In this document: positions 1 through 10,800 of the stretch, piece after piece
Layout of the letters: each line of letters begins with the position of its first letter
Position numbering within the stretch: the stretch's first letter is position 1
Assembly (NCBI GenBank): GCA_003194425.1
Contig: PQXB01000001.1
Coordinates: 263,522-327,521, forward strand
DNA length: 64,000 nucleotides
Direction: 5' to 3'
Source: Candidatus Methanophagaceae archaeon
GTDB lineage: Archaea; Halobacteriota; Syntropharchaeia; Alkanophagales; Methanospirareceae
Notes under the pieces: generated by a model
The model's database searches: none
Seen by the model: the letters and a program-made list of their open reading frames with translations, nothing else
What the model was told of the DNA's origin: nothing
Position numbers and translations under genes: made by a program

Positions 1-911
1 AAATCGTCGGCGTTGCGGACTTGCGGGGCGTTGTCGTGGACGAGGACGGGCTGAGCGCGAAGACTTTGAGGAAACTCAGTGCAGGAGAGAGAGGAGTAGG
101 AAGTTGGAAAGAGGCAGCAGCGGAAGGACTGACGAGTTTGGACTTGATAAAAGAGGTGGAGCACGAGGTTGTGGTAGAGGCGACGCCGACGAATGTCGAG
201 ACAGGCGAGCCGGGTCTGACGCACATAATTTCAGCGTTGGAGGCGGGCAGGCACGTGGTGACCTCGAACAAGGGACCGTTGGCGTTGGAGTACCGAAGGC
301 TGACCGAACTCGCAGCGAGGCGGGGGAGGGAGTTGAGGTTTGAAGCCGCGGTGGGTGGTGCAATGCCGTTAATTTCGCTGGTAAGGCAGAACCTCGCGGG
401 CAACGGCGTAATTTCTTTGAGGGGCATTTTGAACGGCACCTGCAACTACATCCTGACACGAATGGCGGAGGAGGGGCTGCCCTACGAGCATGTTTTGAAG
501 GAGGCGAAGGAGCTTGGAATCGCCGAGACCGACCCTTCCAAAGATGTTGAGGGCACGGACACGGCGGTGAAACTGGTTATTCTCGCGAACTCGGTCTTTG
601 AGAGGAACGCGACTTACAAAGATGTGGCGGTGGCAGGAATCACGGAAATTACGACCGACGCGTTGCGGCTCGCGAGTGAAGCGGGGTTTGTGATAAAATT
701 AATCGGCGAGGTAAATAAGGAAGGTTTCTTGAGAGTTGCGCCGCGGTTAGTTCCGAAAGCCGACCCGCTGAATGTCGGCGGCACGCTGAACGTCGCAAAG
801 GTAAAGACCGATTTGGCTGGTGAGATTACGGTAATCGGAAAAGGCGCGGGTCCGATCGAGGCTGCGAGCGCCGTCCTCTCGGACATAATTTGGACCGCGA
901 AGCATTTTTGA
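1..911 (+). CDS. hom: Homoserine dehydrogenase, C-terminal part (5' end outside window)
   Basis: ORF 21..911 stays open to the window edge; motifs GTCNYIL and ETDPSKDVEGTD typical of homoserine dehydrogenase. Confidence 0.8.
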   Translation, partial: IVGVADLRGVVVDEDGLSAKTLRKLSAGERGVGSWKEAAAEGLTSLDLIKEVEHEVVVEATPTNVETGEPGLTHIISALEAGRHVVTSNKGPLALEYRRLTELAARRGRELRFEAAVGGAMPLISLVRQNLAGNGVISLRGILNGTCNYILTRMAEEGLPYEHVLKEAKELGIAETDPSKDVEGTDTAVKLVILANSVFERNATYKDVAVAGITEITTDALRLASEAGFVIKLIGEVNKEGFLRVAPRLVPKADPLNVGGTLNVAKVKTDLAGEITVIGKGAGPIEAASAVLSDIIWTAKHF

Positions 912-934
912 TCAAACTTTTAGAAAAAGTTTTA

Positions 935-1053
935 ATCCCGCCTCCCGGATTTGAACCGGGGATATCGCGGTCTCCGCGCGCGGTAATACGACCTTTTGGA
1001 GGAGGTCAAAGTCACACTACAGCCGCGCACTCTTCCAAACTGAGTTAAGGCGG
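935..1053 (-). tRNA. tRNA-Tyr (anticodon GUA) with ~45-nt intron 3' of the anticodon
   Basis: Hand-folded cloverleaf: acceptor CCCGCCT/AGGCGGG with C1-G72, D arm ACTC/GAGT, anticodon stem CGCGG/CCGCG, loop CUGUAG-intron-A, T arm CCCGG-TTCAAAT-CCGGG, discriminator A, no encoded CCA. Confidence 0.6.
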
Positions 1054-1087
1054 GATTTTATTCTCTGCTGAATATTTGCGATTTACA

Positions 1088-2515
1088 CTATATAAATACT
1101 ACCTCTACTCTCTCGCCTTCTTCTACAATCTCCTTCCCCTTCTCCACGAACACAAAACCGTCCGCTTTTGCGAGCGTAGAGATTGCCCCAGAGCCACTGA
1201 GAAAGGGGTAAGCGAGGAAATGCTCTTCTTGCTCTTCTTCTGATTCTGACTCCGCACGAGCGAGATTCACAAGCACATATTCATTCCGCCCGGGTTCAGA
1301 GAATATCCTGACCCCCGCCTTCGCTTTTACCCTCTTCCTCCTTTCCCTTCCCTCGCTCCCTCCCCGCCCCTCGCTCCCTTCGCCCGAGATTGCGCGTAGC
1401 AGGGGAGCGACGAAAAGATGAAAGGTAATCAGAGCCGAGGTAGGGTTGCCGGGCAGTCCAAACACGGGCTTTCCCTGAATTACGCCAAGAACAAACGGTT
1501 TTCCGGGTTTTATGTCAACGCCGTGCACGAGAATCTCGCCGAGCCCTTCGATCACCGCGGGCAGCACGTCGCCAACGCCCGCAGAAGTCCCGCCAGACAG
1601 AATTACGACCTCTGCACCTTTTGCGAGCGATTCCCGGATCTTCGCCGAGATCTCTCCCTCCTCGTCCCGCGCAATCCCGAGGGAGAAAGGGGCGCAGCCG
1701 TTTTCTCGCGCGGAATCGCAGAGCGTCTGCGCGTTAACATCGTAGATTTTTCCAGGCGCGAGGGAAAGGGCTTCCCCCGGCGCTACTAATTCGTTGCCCG
1801 TGGAAATAACCGCAACTCTCGGCTTTTTACGAACCAATACTTCTCTTACCCCGCAGGCAGCCAGCACGCCCGTCTCTCGCGGCGTTAGCAGTCGCCCCTT
1901 TTTTACGACCTTCTCCCCGCGTTTTATGTCCGAGCCCGCGGGCATAATATTTTCCGCAGGAGCAACGGGCTTGTAAATTCTCACTTTTTTCGATTTTTCA
2001 AACTCAAACGCGTTCTCGACCTTTACCACCGCGTTCGCCCCTCTCGGAATCGGCGCACCCGTAGCAATCCCCACGCAACTGCCCTCCTCTACGCCGCCGT
2101 ATTGCGACGCCGAAGGGAACTCGCCTGCTTTGAGGTAGCCCCGAACAACCAACGTAGCAGGCTTGCTTTCGTCGGCGTAAAAAGTGTCCGCGGCGAGAAC
2201 CGCGTAGCCGTCCATCGTAGCGCGGTCAAACGGCGGAATGTCCAGCGGCGAGAAAATATCACCCACAACGGTTCTACCAAGTGCTTCCTCAGTCCTTACT
2301 TTCTCGCCCTTTCCCCCTCCTGCCCCAACGTTTCCCCCCCCTACCCCAGCGCCAGCGGTGATTTTTTTCGCAAGCTCCGCGCTAAGGTCGCCGATTAGCC
2401 TTTTTACTTCTCCCTCCTCTGTTATTTCCAAGAATTGCTTCACTTTGCTTTTAAAAGGAAAACCTATAAAAACAAACAAGTCTATAAAATAAAAGGTGAG
2501 AACAACGGCAGACAA
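1088..2515 (-). CDS. moeA: Molybdopterin molybdenumtransferase MoeA
   Basis: Motifs PFDRATMDGYAV, GGTSAGVGD, KPGKP, GLPGNP; start codon uncertain (N-terminal 30 aa of the ORF look like AT-rich read-through); contains low-complexity inserts. Confidence 0.8.
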   Translation of the reverse strand: MSAVVLTFYFIDLFVFIGFPFKSKVKQFLEITEEGEVKRLIGDLSAELAKKITAGAGVGGGNVGAGGGKGEKVRTEEALGRTVVGDIFSPLDIPPFDRATMDGYAVLAADTFYADESKPATLVVRGYLKAGEFPSASQYGGVEEGSCVGIATGAPIPRGANAVVKVENAFEFEKSKKVRIYKPVAPAENIMPAGSDIKRGEKVVKKGRLLTPRETGVLAACGVREVLVRKKPRVAVISTGNELVAPGEALSLAPGKIYDVNAQTLCDSARENGCAPFSLGIARDEEGEISAKIRESLAKGAEVVILSGGTSAGVGDVLPAVIEGLGEILVHGVDIKPGKPFVLGVIQGKPVFGLPGNPTSALITFHLFVAPLLRAISGEGSEGRGGSEGRERRKRVKAKAGVRIFSEPGRNEYVLVNLARAESESEEEQEEHFLAYPFLSGSGAISTLAKADGFVFVEKGKEIVEEGERVEVVFI

Positions 2516-3065
2516 AAGCAGGGGAAATAGGGCAACTGCAACCGCGACTCACGGAACCGGAACGGTTGTGGCAGTGGGAACTGTGCTGGCAGGTGCAAGC
2601 ACGGGTCTTAATCTTGAGGGGATTTTTTATAACGGAGGGACGAAAATTGGGTATGTAGTTCATATTTTTATTGCACGAAGAAAAGTTAAAAAGCAGGAAA
2701 AAGTTAAAAAGCAGGATAAGATAAAAGAGATATTAAAGGAAGCGAAGATGTTAATGACAAACAAATATCATCACGCTCATCTGCATCATTGGTTGGATGG
2801 GAGCGCCGAAGAAGGAAGGAAAGAAGGAGTAAGTGAGGGGCGCTACAAAAATACCGCAAAAATATGAATAAAACAGGGAATAGAGAGATAGAGGATAGTA
2901 TAGAAGGGGGTATAAGAAGGTGAAAGGGAAGAGCGCGGAGAAAAGCAGGGAAAAAACGAGTGAAAGGGGAAAAGCAAGTAGAAATAGAGCAGAATACCGA
3001 AACCTTTTTATACATACTACCGAAAAGCATATATACCCCTTCAAAGAAATAGAAGGTATAAAAAA

Positions 3066-3089
3066 AATTAGGAGGTGAAAACAAAAAAA
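3066..3089 (+). promoter_or_regulatory. Conserved leader / Shine-Dalgarno element ATTAGGAGGTGAAAAC upstream of ATG
   Basis: Near-identical motif also precedes starts at 17473, 19890, 50921(-) and, as GGGGGTGA, 62916(-); complementary to the CCUCC 3' end of 16S rRNA. Confidence 0.5.
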
Positions 3090-3710
3090 ATGAAAACGAA
3101 GATTGGCAAAAAAAGTATAGGAATATTGATTGCAGCGATAATAGTTACTTCAGTCTTTGCAGCGATTGCGCCGACAATTGGTCAGGAAGGAGATGATGGG
3201 ATAGTAGAACCGGAATGGGCACCACCAGCACCGTGGGGACCGGGCTTAAATATTACAATAGCGACACCACCAGAAGATTCCTGCGTGCACGATACGATAA
3301 ACCTTACGTGGCTAAAGAATGGCACGACTACCCCGGCAGTTTTAAAGGATTATCTGTATGTAGCGCTCGTTGACTGTGGGTCGCCGTATTGTATGCACAC
3401 AATAGAAGAGAAAGTCTGCCTGCATGGTTGTACCTACTATGAGGTAGATCTCACAGATAATGATTGGCAGAAACACATAGACCAGTGCGAGGAGTTCTGT
3501 ATATATGTCTGGAATTCTTCTACCAGATTCGGACTACCTGACACCTCATACTTTAGGAACGGGACTACGCTTAGATATGACAAAGTAGAGCCGTGCATAG
3601 AAGCGGTCGATCCAATAGATGGCAGATGGGTTAACTGCACAGCGGATCTTGAGTTGAACGTTTCGGCATGTGACTGGAGTCATAATTCCGCAGTGGGAAT
3701 AGTAAAGTAA
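3090..3710 (+). CDS. Secreted cysteine-rich hypothetical protein
   Basis: ATG at 3090 sits 8 nt after AGGAGGTGA (ORF track starts at in-frame GTG 3075); N-terminal MKTKIGKK + hydrophobic signal peptide; many Cys. Confidence 0.5.
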   Translation: MKTKIGKKSIGILIAAIIVTSVFAAIAPTIGQEGDDGIVEPEWAPPAPWGPGLNITIATPPEDSCVHDTINLTWLKNGTTTPAVLKDYLYVALVDCGSPYCMHTIEEKVCLHGCTYYEVDLTDNDWQKHIDQCEEFCIYVWNSSTRFGLPDTSYFRNGTTLRYDKVEPCIEAVDPIDGRWVNCTADLELNVSACDWSHNSAVGIVK

Positions 3711-3799
3711 AGGAGAACAGAAAAAAAAGGACCATAAAAAATTTGGATAGAAGAGGAACAAAAACCTCTTCTATTTTTTTATTTTTTTTGAACGGAAAA

Positions 3800-4912
3800 A
3801 TGAAATCTGTTAGTGTTATTGCGATGATAATTTTTGCACTCGCCGTGGCAGTGGAAGTGGCAGCAGCAATTCCGCCCTCTCCAAAATACGAAGTATATCG
3901 CGGCGATGTCTTCGTTAACGGAACGCTTGCGCCAGACGGGACGAGAGTGTCAGTAAAAGTAGGTGCGCTCGACGAAGTGGAAGACAGCACAGAAAATGGA
4001 ACATATTGGATAGCAATTAAATCCTCGCAAGCGAGCCAAGGAGACATGGTAACGCTTAAAATATACGATGCAGTCGTGGAGACTGCCAAAATTGATAAAA
4101 ACGACTACATCTCTCAAAATTACATAAATTTATACCTTGAGGATTATTTAGTAAACGAATCCGCACAACCGGACGCTCTGCCCGAAACGACAACCGAGAG
4201 CAGGATATTAGTAAATTGGGCATTTTATTCCGGCTACGACTCAACAGGGGTGAAATGCTACGAGTTGTTAAGGAGATACGAAGATGAGAAAACATTTTCC
4301 TCGCTCGTTAAGACAAATAATACACGCTATTTTGACATTCTAAACGCTACTGGCGAATATTGCTACAGGCTCGTAACCTACGACTTCGTCGGCAACTCCA
4401 AAAATTCTACGCAGGATGTCTGCACAACCTTCGTCTCCAACAAGACCTTCACACTCAACGGCTTCGTGAAATACGAAAACGGGACAGGAGTCAGCAACGC
4501 AAACGTTACCCTTGAAAAATACTTCAATCCTGTAAATTCAACCACCACGACCGAGAAAGGCTACTACGAACTCGCAGCCTCTTGGAAGAGGTACAATTTA
4601 ACCGCGGCGAAAGGAGATGTTTTGGTCTGGGGGAGGGAAGGGAAAGGAGGAGCAAAGTACATTTCCTTCCTTAACAGTTCCGCCGTCGTAAATTTAGACG
4701 CAAACAAGACCGTGAATCTTACTTTGGTAGTGAAAGGGGATTTGGACGGGGACTGCGCGGTGGGAATTGCGGATGTTCGTGTGGTCGCGAGAATGCTAGT
4801 TGGAAGCGTCTCGGAAGACTTGAAAGCGGACTTTAACGGGAACGGTTGCGTGGATTTAGGGGACGCTGCGAAGTTGCTCGGGTTTGTTAAAGGTGGAGTG
4901 AGTAAGTTATAA
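3800..4912 (+). CDS. Secreted protein with C-terminal type-I dockerin-like domain
   Basis: Signal peptide MKSVSVIAMIIFALAVA; C-terminus GDLDGDCAVGIADVRVVARMLVG ... ADFNGNGCVDLGDAAKLLGFV matches the duplicated Ca-binding dockerin segment; ORF track starts at TTG 3743, ATG 3800 preferred. Confidence 0.65.
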   Translation: MKSVSVIAMIIFALAVAVEVAAAIPPSPKYEVYRGDVFVNGTLAPDGTRVSVKVGALDEVEDSTENGTYWIAIKSSQASQGDMVTLKIYDAVVETAKIDKNDYISQNYINLYLEDYLVNESAQPDALPETTTESRILVNWAFYSGYDSTGVKCYELLRRYEDEKTFSSLVKTNNTRYFDILNATGEYCYRLVTYDFVGNSKNSTQDVCTTFVSNKTFTLNGFVKYENGTGVSNANVTLEKYFNPVNSTTTTEKGYYELAASWKRYNLTAAKGDVLVWGREGKGGAKYISFLNSSAVVNLDANKTVNLTLVVKGDLDGDCAVGIADVRVVARMLVGSVSEDLKADFNGNGCVDLGDAAKLLGFVKGGVSKL

Positions 4913-4984
4913 GAGGTGAGTAAGTTATAAGAAACGAAATAAAAAGAATAAGAAGAATAAAGAATAGGAGAAGCACGAGAAAAA

Positions 4985-5422
4985 ATGGGGAAGAAGAAAA
5001 GAGCAAAAGTAAGAATAGGAATGCTAGTAGTAGCGGTAAGTGTAGTAGCGTTGTTTTCGGCATCGGCATTCGCACAGCCGCCGGGTCTGCCATTTGGAAA
5101 CGAGACGACAAACGAAACGGGATTGCCACCCATTCCAATTCCGCCGACACAGCCTCCTGAAAATGCGCCTCTTCCGTCGCCTTCGGTAACCGCAACACTG
5201 CCTGTCTCTGCACCTGCCACTCCAACTGCACCACCAACTGCACCACCAACTGCACCTCCAACTGCACCAACTACTCCTACCGTGACGGTAACAGCAGTAA
5301 CACCAAAACCGCAAGCCGAGACGCCAGGTTTTAGCGTTTCGGCGGTTGTTACAGCAGTGCTTGGTCTTGGGTTTGTGTTAGTGGGGCTTAAAAGGACGGG
5401 GCAAAGAAAGAAGAGCAAATAA
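4985..5422 (+). CDS. Small secreted Pro/Thr-rich protein with PGF-CTERM-like sorting signal
   Basis: Signal peptide, (PTAP)n linker, then PGF (5325..5333) + hydrophobic helix + KRTGQRKKSK tail. Confidence 0.6.
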   Translation: MGKKKRAKVRIGMLVVAVSVVALFSASAFAQPPGLPFGNETTNETGLPPIPIPPTQPPENAPLPSPSVTATLPVSAPATPTAPPTAPPTAPPTAPTTPTVTVTAVTPKPQAETPGFSVSAVVTAVLGLGFVLVGLKRTGQRKKSK

Positions 5423-7870
5423 ATGGAAAGGATAATTGGAATAGCAATTTTCGTTTTGCTAGTCGCAGGGGTAGGGGCAGCGAGCGCCGACACCTTCGTG
5501 CCAGGCGAGGTGATTGTTGGTTTCGAGCGGGCAACAGGAGTGCAGGCACAGGAATCGCTGATAAAAAGCTGCGGCGGGGCAGTAACAGACAGAGACACCA
5601 CGCTTGGCTGGGTGTTAGCGAAGGTAGAAGAGGGGAAAGAGCAGGAATTTATCGCGAACATTTCGGGAGAGCGGGGCGTGAGGTACGCGGAGCGGAACGG
5701 AGTTGTAAGAGCGCTTTACGTTCCTAACGACCCAAAATGGAGTGAGCAGTGGGGACTGGAGAGAATAAACGCGGACGACGCTTGGAAGGTCGAGAAAGGC
5801 AGCACGAGCGTTAAAATCGCGATCGTGGACACAGGCGTAGACTACAACCACGAAGACTTAAACGCGAACTACTTTAGCGGGGGCTACGACTGGGTTAACA
5901 ATGACAGCGACCCTTGGGACGACTCGGTAGGGCAGTACCACGGACACGGCACACACTGCGCTGGGATTGCAGCCGCGGAGATGGATAATTCTGCAGGAAT
6001 CGCCGGCGTCGCGCAAGTCGGAATTCTGGCTGAAAAAGTTATTAACGAGACTGGCTACGGCTCTTACTCGGACTTGGCTAGCGGAATTCAGCACGCCGCA
6101 GCGCAGGGTGCAAAAATAATAAGCCTGAGCGTTGGCGGGAGTTCGGCTTCGCCCACTCTAAAAAATGCCTGCAAGTACGCCTGGGACAAGGGCTGCCTCC
6201 TCGTTGCCGCTGCCGGGAACGACGACACAACCGAAGTCTGCTACCCTGCACGCTACGAGACTGTAGTCGCGGTCGGCGCGATAAATGAGGTGGGCGTTAA
6301 GTCGATTTACAGCAACTACGGACCTGATGTTGAGCTGGCAGCACCCGGCGACGACATTCTCTCGACCCTTCCGAACAACACTTACACCCGCAAATTTGGG
6401 ACTTCGGCGGCTACTCCTTTTGTCGCCGGTGTTGCAGGGTTAGTTTGGTCGCGGAGTCCCGAGCTGACGAACGAGGAGGTGCGGGAGCGGTTGCACAGGG
6501 TCAGCACAGACTACGACTGGGTTGAGTACGGTTTGGTGGACGCAGCGAGGGCGCTCTCCACAGCCGCGGGGTCAGACTACGCACGGGCGGGCTCGCTGAT
6601 TGTAACGATTGGAAAAAACGCAACGACGCAGGTTAGCGTCGGGAACGCGAAAAATATTACCGGCGTCTCGTTGAACCTTGAGTACGACGCCTCTAAACTC
6701 TCGGTTCAAAAAATAGCCGCGAACGAGACGACAAACCAATCTTCAAACGGCTCCTGCTACTGCTACAGCAACACAACCTCCGCAGGAGTCGCAAGAATCG
6801 TTTTCCTCACCGCAGAACCGCTCAACTCAACAACAAGCGAGACCCCGATTCTTGACATTGAATTCAAGGCAGTAGGGGGCGCAGACACTCGCTCTTACTT
6901 GAATTTGAGTAGCGTCGAGTTTGCGAACGCGGGCTACCTGCCTTTCGCACCTTCAAAAGTCTTCAACGGCACGGTAGAGGTGAAGTCCTCCCTTTACGGC
7001 GTGAACCTAACCGTAGAAGGAACGAAGTGTGCGTGGAATTTCACTGAGCCGAACGAGAACGCAACTTTCCTCCTTGCACTGCGCAACACGGGCGTCGTTG
7101 CTGACAACTACACGCTTGAGGTTGAGAGCCCAGAGGGGGCGGAGGTCGCTGCGTTGAACTCAACAGAAATAACAAACCTCGCACCAGAGGCGACCGCAAA
7201 AGTCCTGCTTCAAGTAACCTCCGCAGACGAGGGTACTTACACTGTAAATGTAACCGCGACCTCAGAATGCGACCTGGACATTTACGACCAAGTCACGACG
7301 AGGACGCTCGTAGCCACGAGATATAATTTGCAAACAAGCCTGCTCGAAGGCTGGAACCTGTTCGGAGTGCCGCTAAATGTGAGTGTCGAGGTCGGTGGCA
7401 GTGGCTGGAGTTTGCCCGCGGTCTTGGCTTCAATCGAGGGAAAATACGACTACCTCTCCTACTACAACACGAGCACTGGGAGAACAGATTTCTACGACCC
7501 GCTCAACACCGAATTCTCGACGCTAAAGACCCTGAAACCCGGAGCAGGCTACCTCGTCCACCTAACTGAAGAGGCACCTGTCTCGCTCGAGTTTGAGGGT
7601 GTGAAGTTAAGGGGGTTGGAAGTGCCGTTGGAGAGAGGTTGGAATATGTTCTCGGTTCCGTACGGCGTAGCGGATAAAACGCTACCCGCGGTTCTGAAAT
7701 CAATCGAGGGAAACTACGACTACATTTACTACTACAACGCGACCACAGGGGAAATGGACTACTACGACCCGCTTAATCCCGAACTTTCAACGCTGAAAAT
7801 TTTAGAACCCGGAGCTGGGTATTTAATACACATAATTAACAAAGTAACATATTTTCCGGCAATTAAATAA
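5423..7870 (+). CDS. Secreted subtilisin-like serine protease (S8) with internal cohesin-like domain and C-terminal tandem modules
   Basis: Catalytic triad motifs DTGVDYNHEDL, HGTHCAGIAAA, GTSAATPFVAG; cohesin-like segment ~6590..6990 (LEYDASKLSV, ARIVFLTAE, FNGTVEV); two ~75-aa C-terminal repeats. Confidence 0.85.
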   Translation: MERIIGIAIFVLLVAGVGAASADTFVPGEVIVGFERATGVQAQESLIKSCGGAVTDRDTTLGWVLAKVEEGKEQEFIANISGERGVRYAERNGVVRALYVPNDPKWSEQWGLERINADDAWKVEKGSTSVKIAIVDTGVDYNHEDLNANYFSGGYDWVNNDSDPWDDSVGQYHGHGTHCAGIAAAEMDNSAGIAGVAQVGILAEKVINETGYGSYSDLASGIQHAAAQGAKIISLSVGGSSASPTLKNACKYAWDKGCLLVAAAGNDDTTEVCYPARYETVVAVGAINEVGVKSIYSNYGPDVELAAPGDDILSTLPNNTYTRKFGTSAATPFVAGVAGLVWSRSPELTNEEVRERLHRVSTDYDWVEYGLVDAARALSTAAGSDYARAGSLIVTIGKNATTQVSVGNAKNITGVSLNLEYDASKLSVQKIAANETTNQSSNGSCYCYSNTTSAGVARIVFLTAEPLNSTTSETPILDIEFKAVGGADTRSYLNLSSVEFANAGYLPFAPSKVFNGTVEVKSSLYGVNLTVEGTKCAWNFTEPNENATFLLALRNTGVVADNYTLEVESPEGAEVAALNSTEITNLAPEATAKVLLQVTSADEGTYTVNVTATSECDLDIYDQVTTRTLVATRYNLQTSLLEGWNLFGVPLNVSVEVGGSGWSLPAVLASIEGKYDYLSYYNTSTGRTDFYDPLNTEFSTLKTLKPGAGYLVHLTEEAPVSLEFEGVKLRGLEVPLERGWNMFSVPYGVADKTLPAVLKSIEGNYDYIYYYNATTGEMDYYDPLNPELSTLKILEPGAGYLIHIINKVTYFPAIK

Positions 7871-7886
7871 AATAGGAGACAGAGAA

Positions 7887-10800
7887 ATGGGAGAAAAGGG
7901 AAGGAAGAGAGAGGGGGGAAAGTGGAAGAAGAGACGACTGATTGGAGTAGCGGCGGTGGGGGCGATATTAGTGACGACTTTTGCTTCGCAGGCTGTGTGC
8001 GCATCGGTGCCGTTGTTTAATGAGGCAATACTTAGAGGGTATGTTTTCGATACGCAGGGAAATCCAATACAAAGGGCATTAATTGAATGGCGAGATAGCG
8101 AGACTATGGAACTATTTGAACTTACAACCACAACCTACACAGGATATTATTCCACGCCACACTTGTTCAACGACGCGGGCGCCGTAAGATCCTTGATAAC
8201 CGCCGCAAAGACAGACTTCTCTACTAACTCAACAATAATAACGACCGAGCCTGCTTTTCCGCCTACATTTTACGAACTGAATTTTACATTGCTTGAAATA
8301 GCGGAAACAGGCAGCATAAACATAAACGAGATAATGTACAATCCAAGCACGGAGCAAGGAAGCGACACCGTGCTGGAGTGGATTGAACTGCGCAACGACG
8401 ACACAGCAGCAGTGAACCTAAACGGCTGGACGATTGCGACACCCGAAGTAGGAAAAATAACAGAAGAAATAATTCTGCAGCCGGGAGGTTACGCAGTGCT
8501 TGCGAGGAACAAGGACGCGTTTGAGGCCTACTACGGTGCCGGTGGCGAGTTGTCGTGCTCGGTGGTAGAAGTGGAAATGAGACTTGGAAATGCAGAGGAC
8601 ACGGTAGTCTTGAAAGACGGTGCAGGAACAGAAATCGACCGGGTGTCCTACAAGGACGACTGGGGTGCGGACGGTAACGGGAAAACACTGGAACTAATTG
8701 GAGCAGGCGGGGGCTGGCGAGAGAGCGTAGCAGACGACGGAACGCCTTGTGCAGAGAACAGCGTAGTTTTTATGAAGCCCGACCTGACGGTTACCGTTTC
8801 AGACGGCTCGCTTAACTGCGGCTTCCTCTTCGGGAACGAGAGCAACGAGGTCTGCGTAACTGTCGAGAACATCGGCACTGACAGGACAGACGCGTTCAAC
8901 CTCTCCTTCGATATGAACGGCTTCAGCACAGAAGAGCGAGTGGCTGGCGGGTTAGTGGCTGGCGGGAATGCAACAACGGTCTGCGTCGCCGACCCGACGC
9001 TGCGAAGTGCGGGCGATTCGGTGACCGTTCGCGTCGTCGCAGACTGCAACGGCGAAATTACTGAGTCGAACGAGACGAACAACGCAGCCAGCCTCACAAC
9101 AACAGTCGTGAACAACGGCTACAAAGGAAAACGATACACCGGCGGCGAGGACATCGCCAGTTGGAAGAAATTTGAACTCAACGGCGACCTGCTCTACTCT
9201 GTCGGCGACAGTTTCTATCTGAGTGCTTACACCTACAAGCACTGGACGGAGTACGCTGCAAACTGGACTGTGAGCGACCTGCAAGTTCCTGATACTGAAA
9301 CTGCGACCGTTAGAGAGGCGAGGTTGTACGTGCCTTACACCTGGGACAAGGCAGGTGTGATGCCCGACGAGGTGAGCCTGACCTTCAACGGCGTGACTCA
9401 AACGTTGGACGCACACTACACGGATGAGAAAATGCACGCTACCAGCTACCCCTACGGAATGCTGGTATACAATGTAACCGAAGATTTGGATACAAGCGCA
9501 AGCGGCAACACCGCAGTACTCACTAACTCTCACCTCGGTGGCGGAAATGTGTCAATTCGCGGAATGCTTCTCACGGTGATTTACGCAGACGAGAGCGAGC
9601 CACTGCGTGAGATATTTGTTAACGAGGAGTTTGACCTGCTCTACGGCGGGGCGTCAAAATGCACGACGCCCGAGGAGGCGACCGCTTACGCTCCTTTCGG
9701 AACTGCTGACACTGAAGATGTTCTTTCTGCCACGCTGGTAACAGTCGCTCCTGGTGCAGGACCGAGTGAGGGGGAGCTGACCTTTAACGGGCAGAAATGG
9801 ACGGACGTGTGGAGTTTTGCAGGCGCTACGCAAATAGGAATAGACAAGCGAGAAGTAACTTCGTTCTTGCAGGCGGCCGAGAACGAAGCGGGGTTCCAAA
9901 GCAGCGCCGACTACTTTGAACCGAGCAACGCAATTCTCGTTGTAGAACACATTGAGCGGGTAAACCTAAACATAAACGAGATAATGTACAATCCAAGCAA
10001 GGAGCAAGGAAGCGACACCGTGCTGGAGTGGCTTGAACTGCGCAACGACGACACAGCAGCAGTGAACCTAAACGGCTGGACGATTGCGACACCCGAAGTA
10101 GGAAAAATAACAGAAGAAATAATTCTGCAGCCTGGAGGTTACGCAGTGCTTGCGAGGAACAAGGACGCGTTTGAAAATTACTACGGTGCCGGTGGCGAGT
10201 TGTCGTGCTCGGTGGTAGAAGTGGAAATGAGACTTGGAAATGCAGAGGACACGGTAGTCTTGAAAGACGGTGCAGGAACAGAGATCGACCGGGTGTCCTA
10301 CAAGGACGACTGGGGTGCGGACGGTAACGGGAAAACACTGGAATGGAATGCGACAGGCTGGTTTGAGAGCGAAGTAGAGGGCGGAACGCCTTGTGCAGAG
10401 AACAGCGTAGTTTTTATGAAGCCCGACCTGACGGTTACCGTTTCAGACGGCTCGCTTAACTGCGGCTTCCTCTTCGGGAACGAGAGCAACGAGGTCTGCG
10501 TAACTGTCGAGAACATCGGCACTGACAGGACAGACGCGTTCAACCTCTCCTTCGATATGAACGGCTTCAGCACAGAAGAGCGAGTGGCTGGCGGGTTAGT
10601 GGCTGGCGGGAATGCAACAACGGTCTGCGTCGCCGACCCGACGCTGCGAAGTGCGGGCGATTCGGTGACCGTTCGCGTCGTCGCAGACTGCAACGGCGAA
10701 ATTACTGAGTCGAACGAGACGAACAACGCAGCCAGCCTCACAACAACAGTCGTGAACAACGGCTACAAAGGAAAACGATACACCGGCGGCGAGGACATCG

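Noticed and set aside
2496-2867. 123-aa ORF in the moeA upstream region
   Set aside because: Low-complexity AT-rich sequence with no start context; more likely a non-coding promoter region
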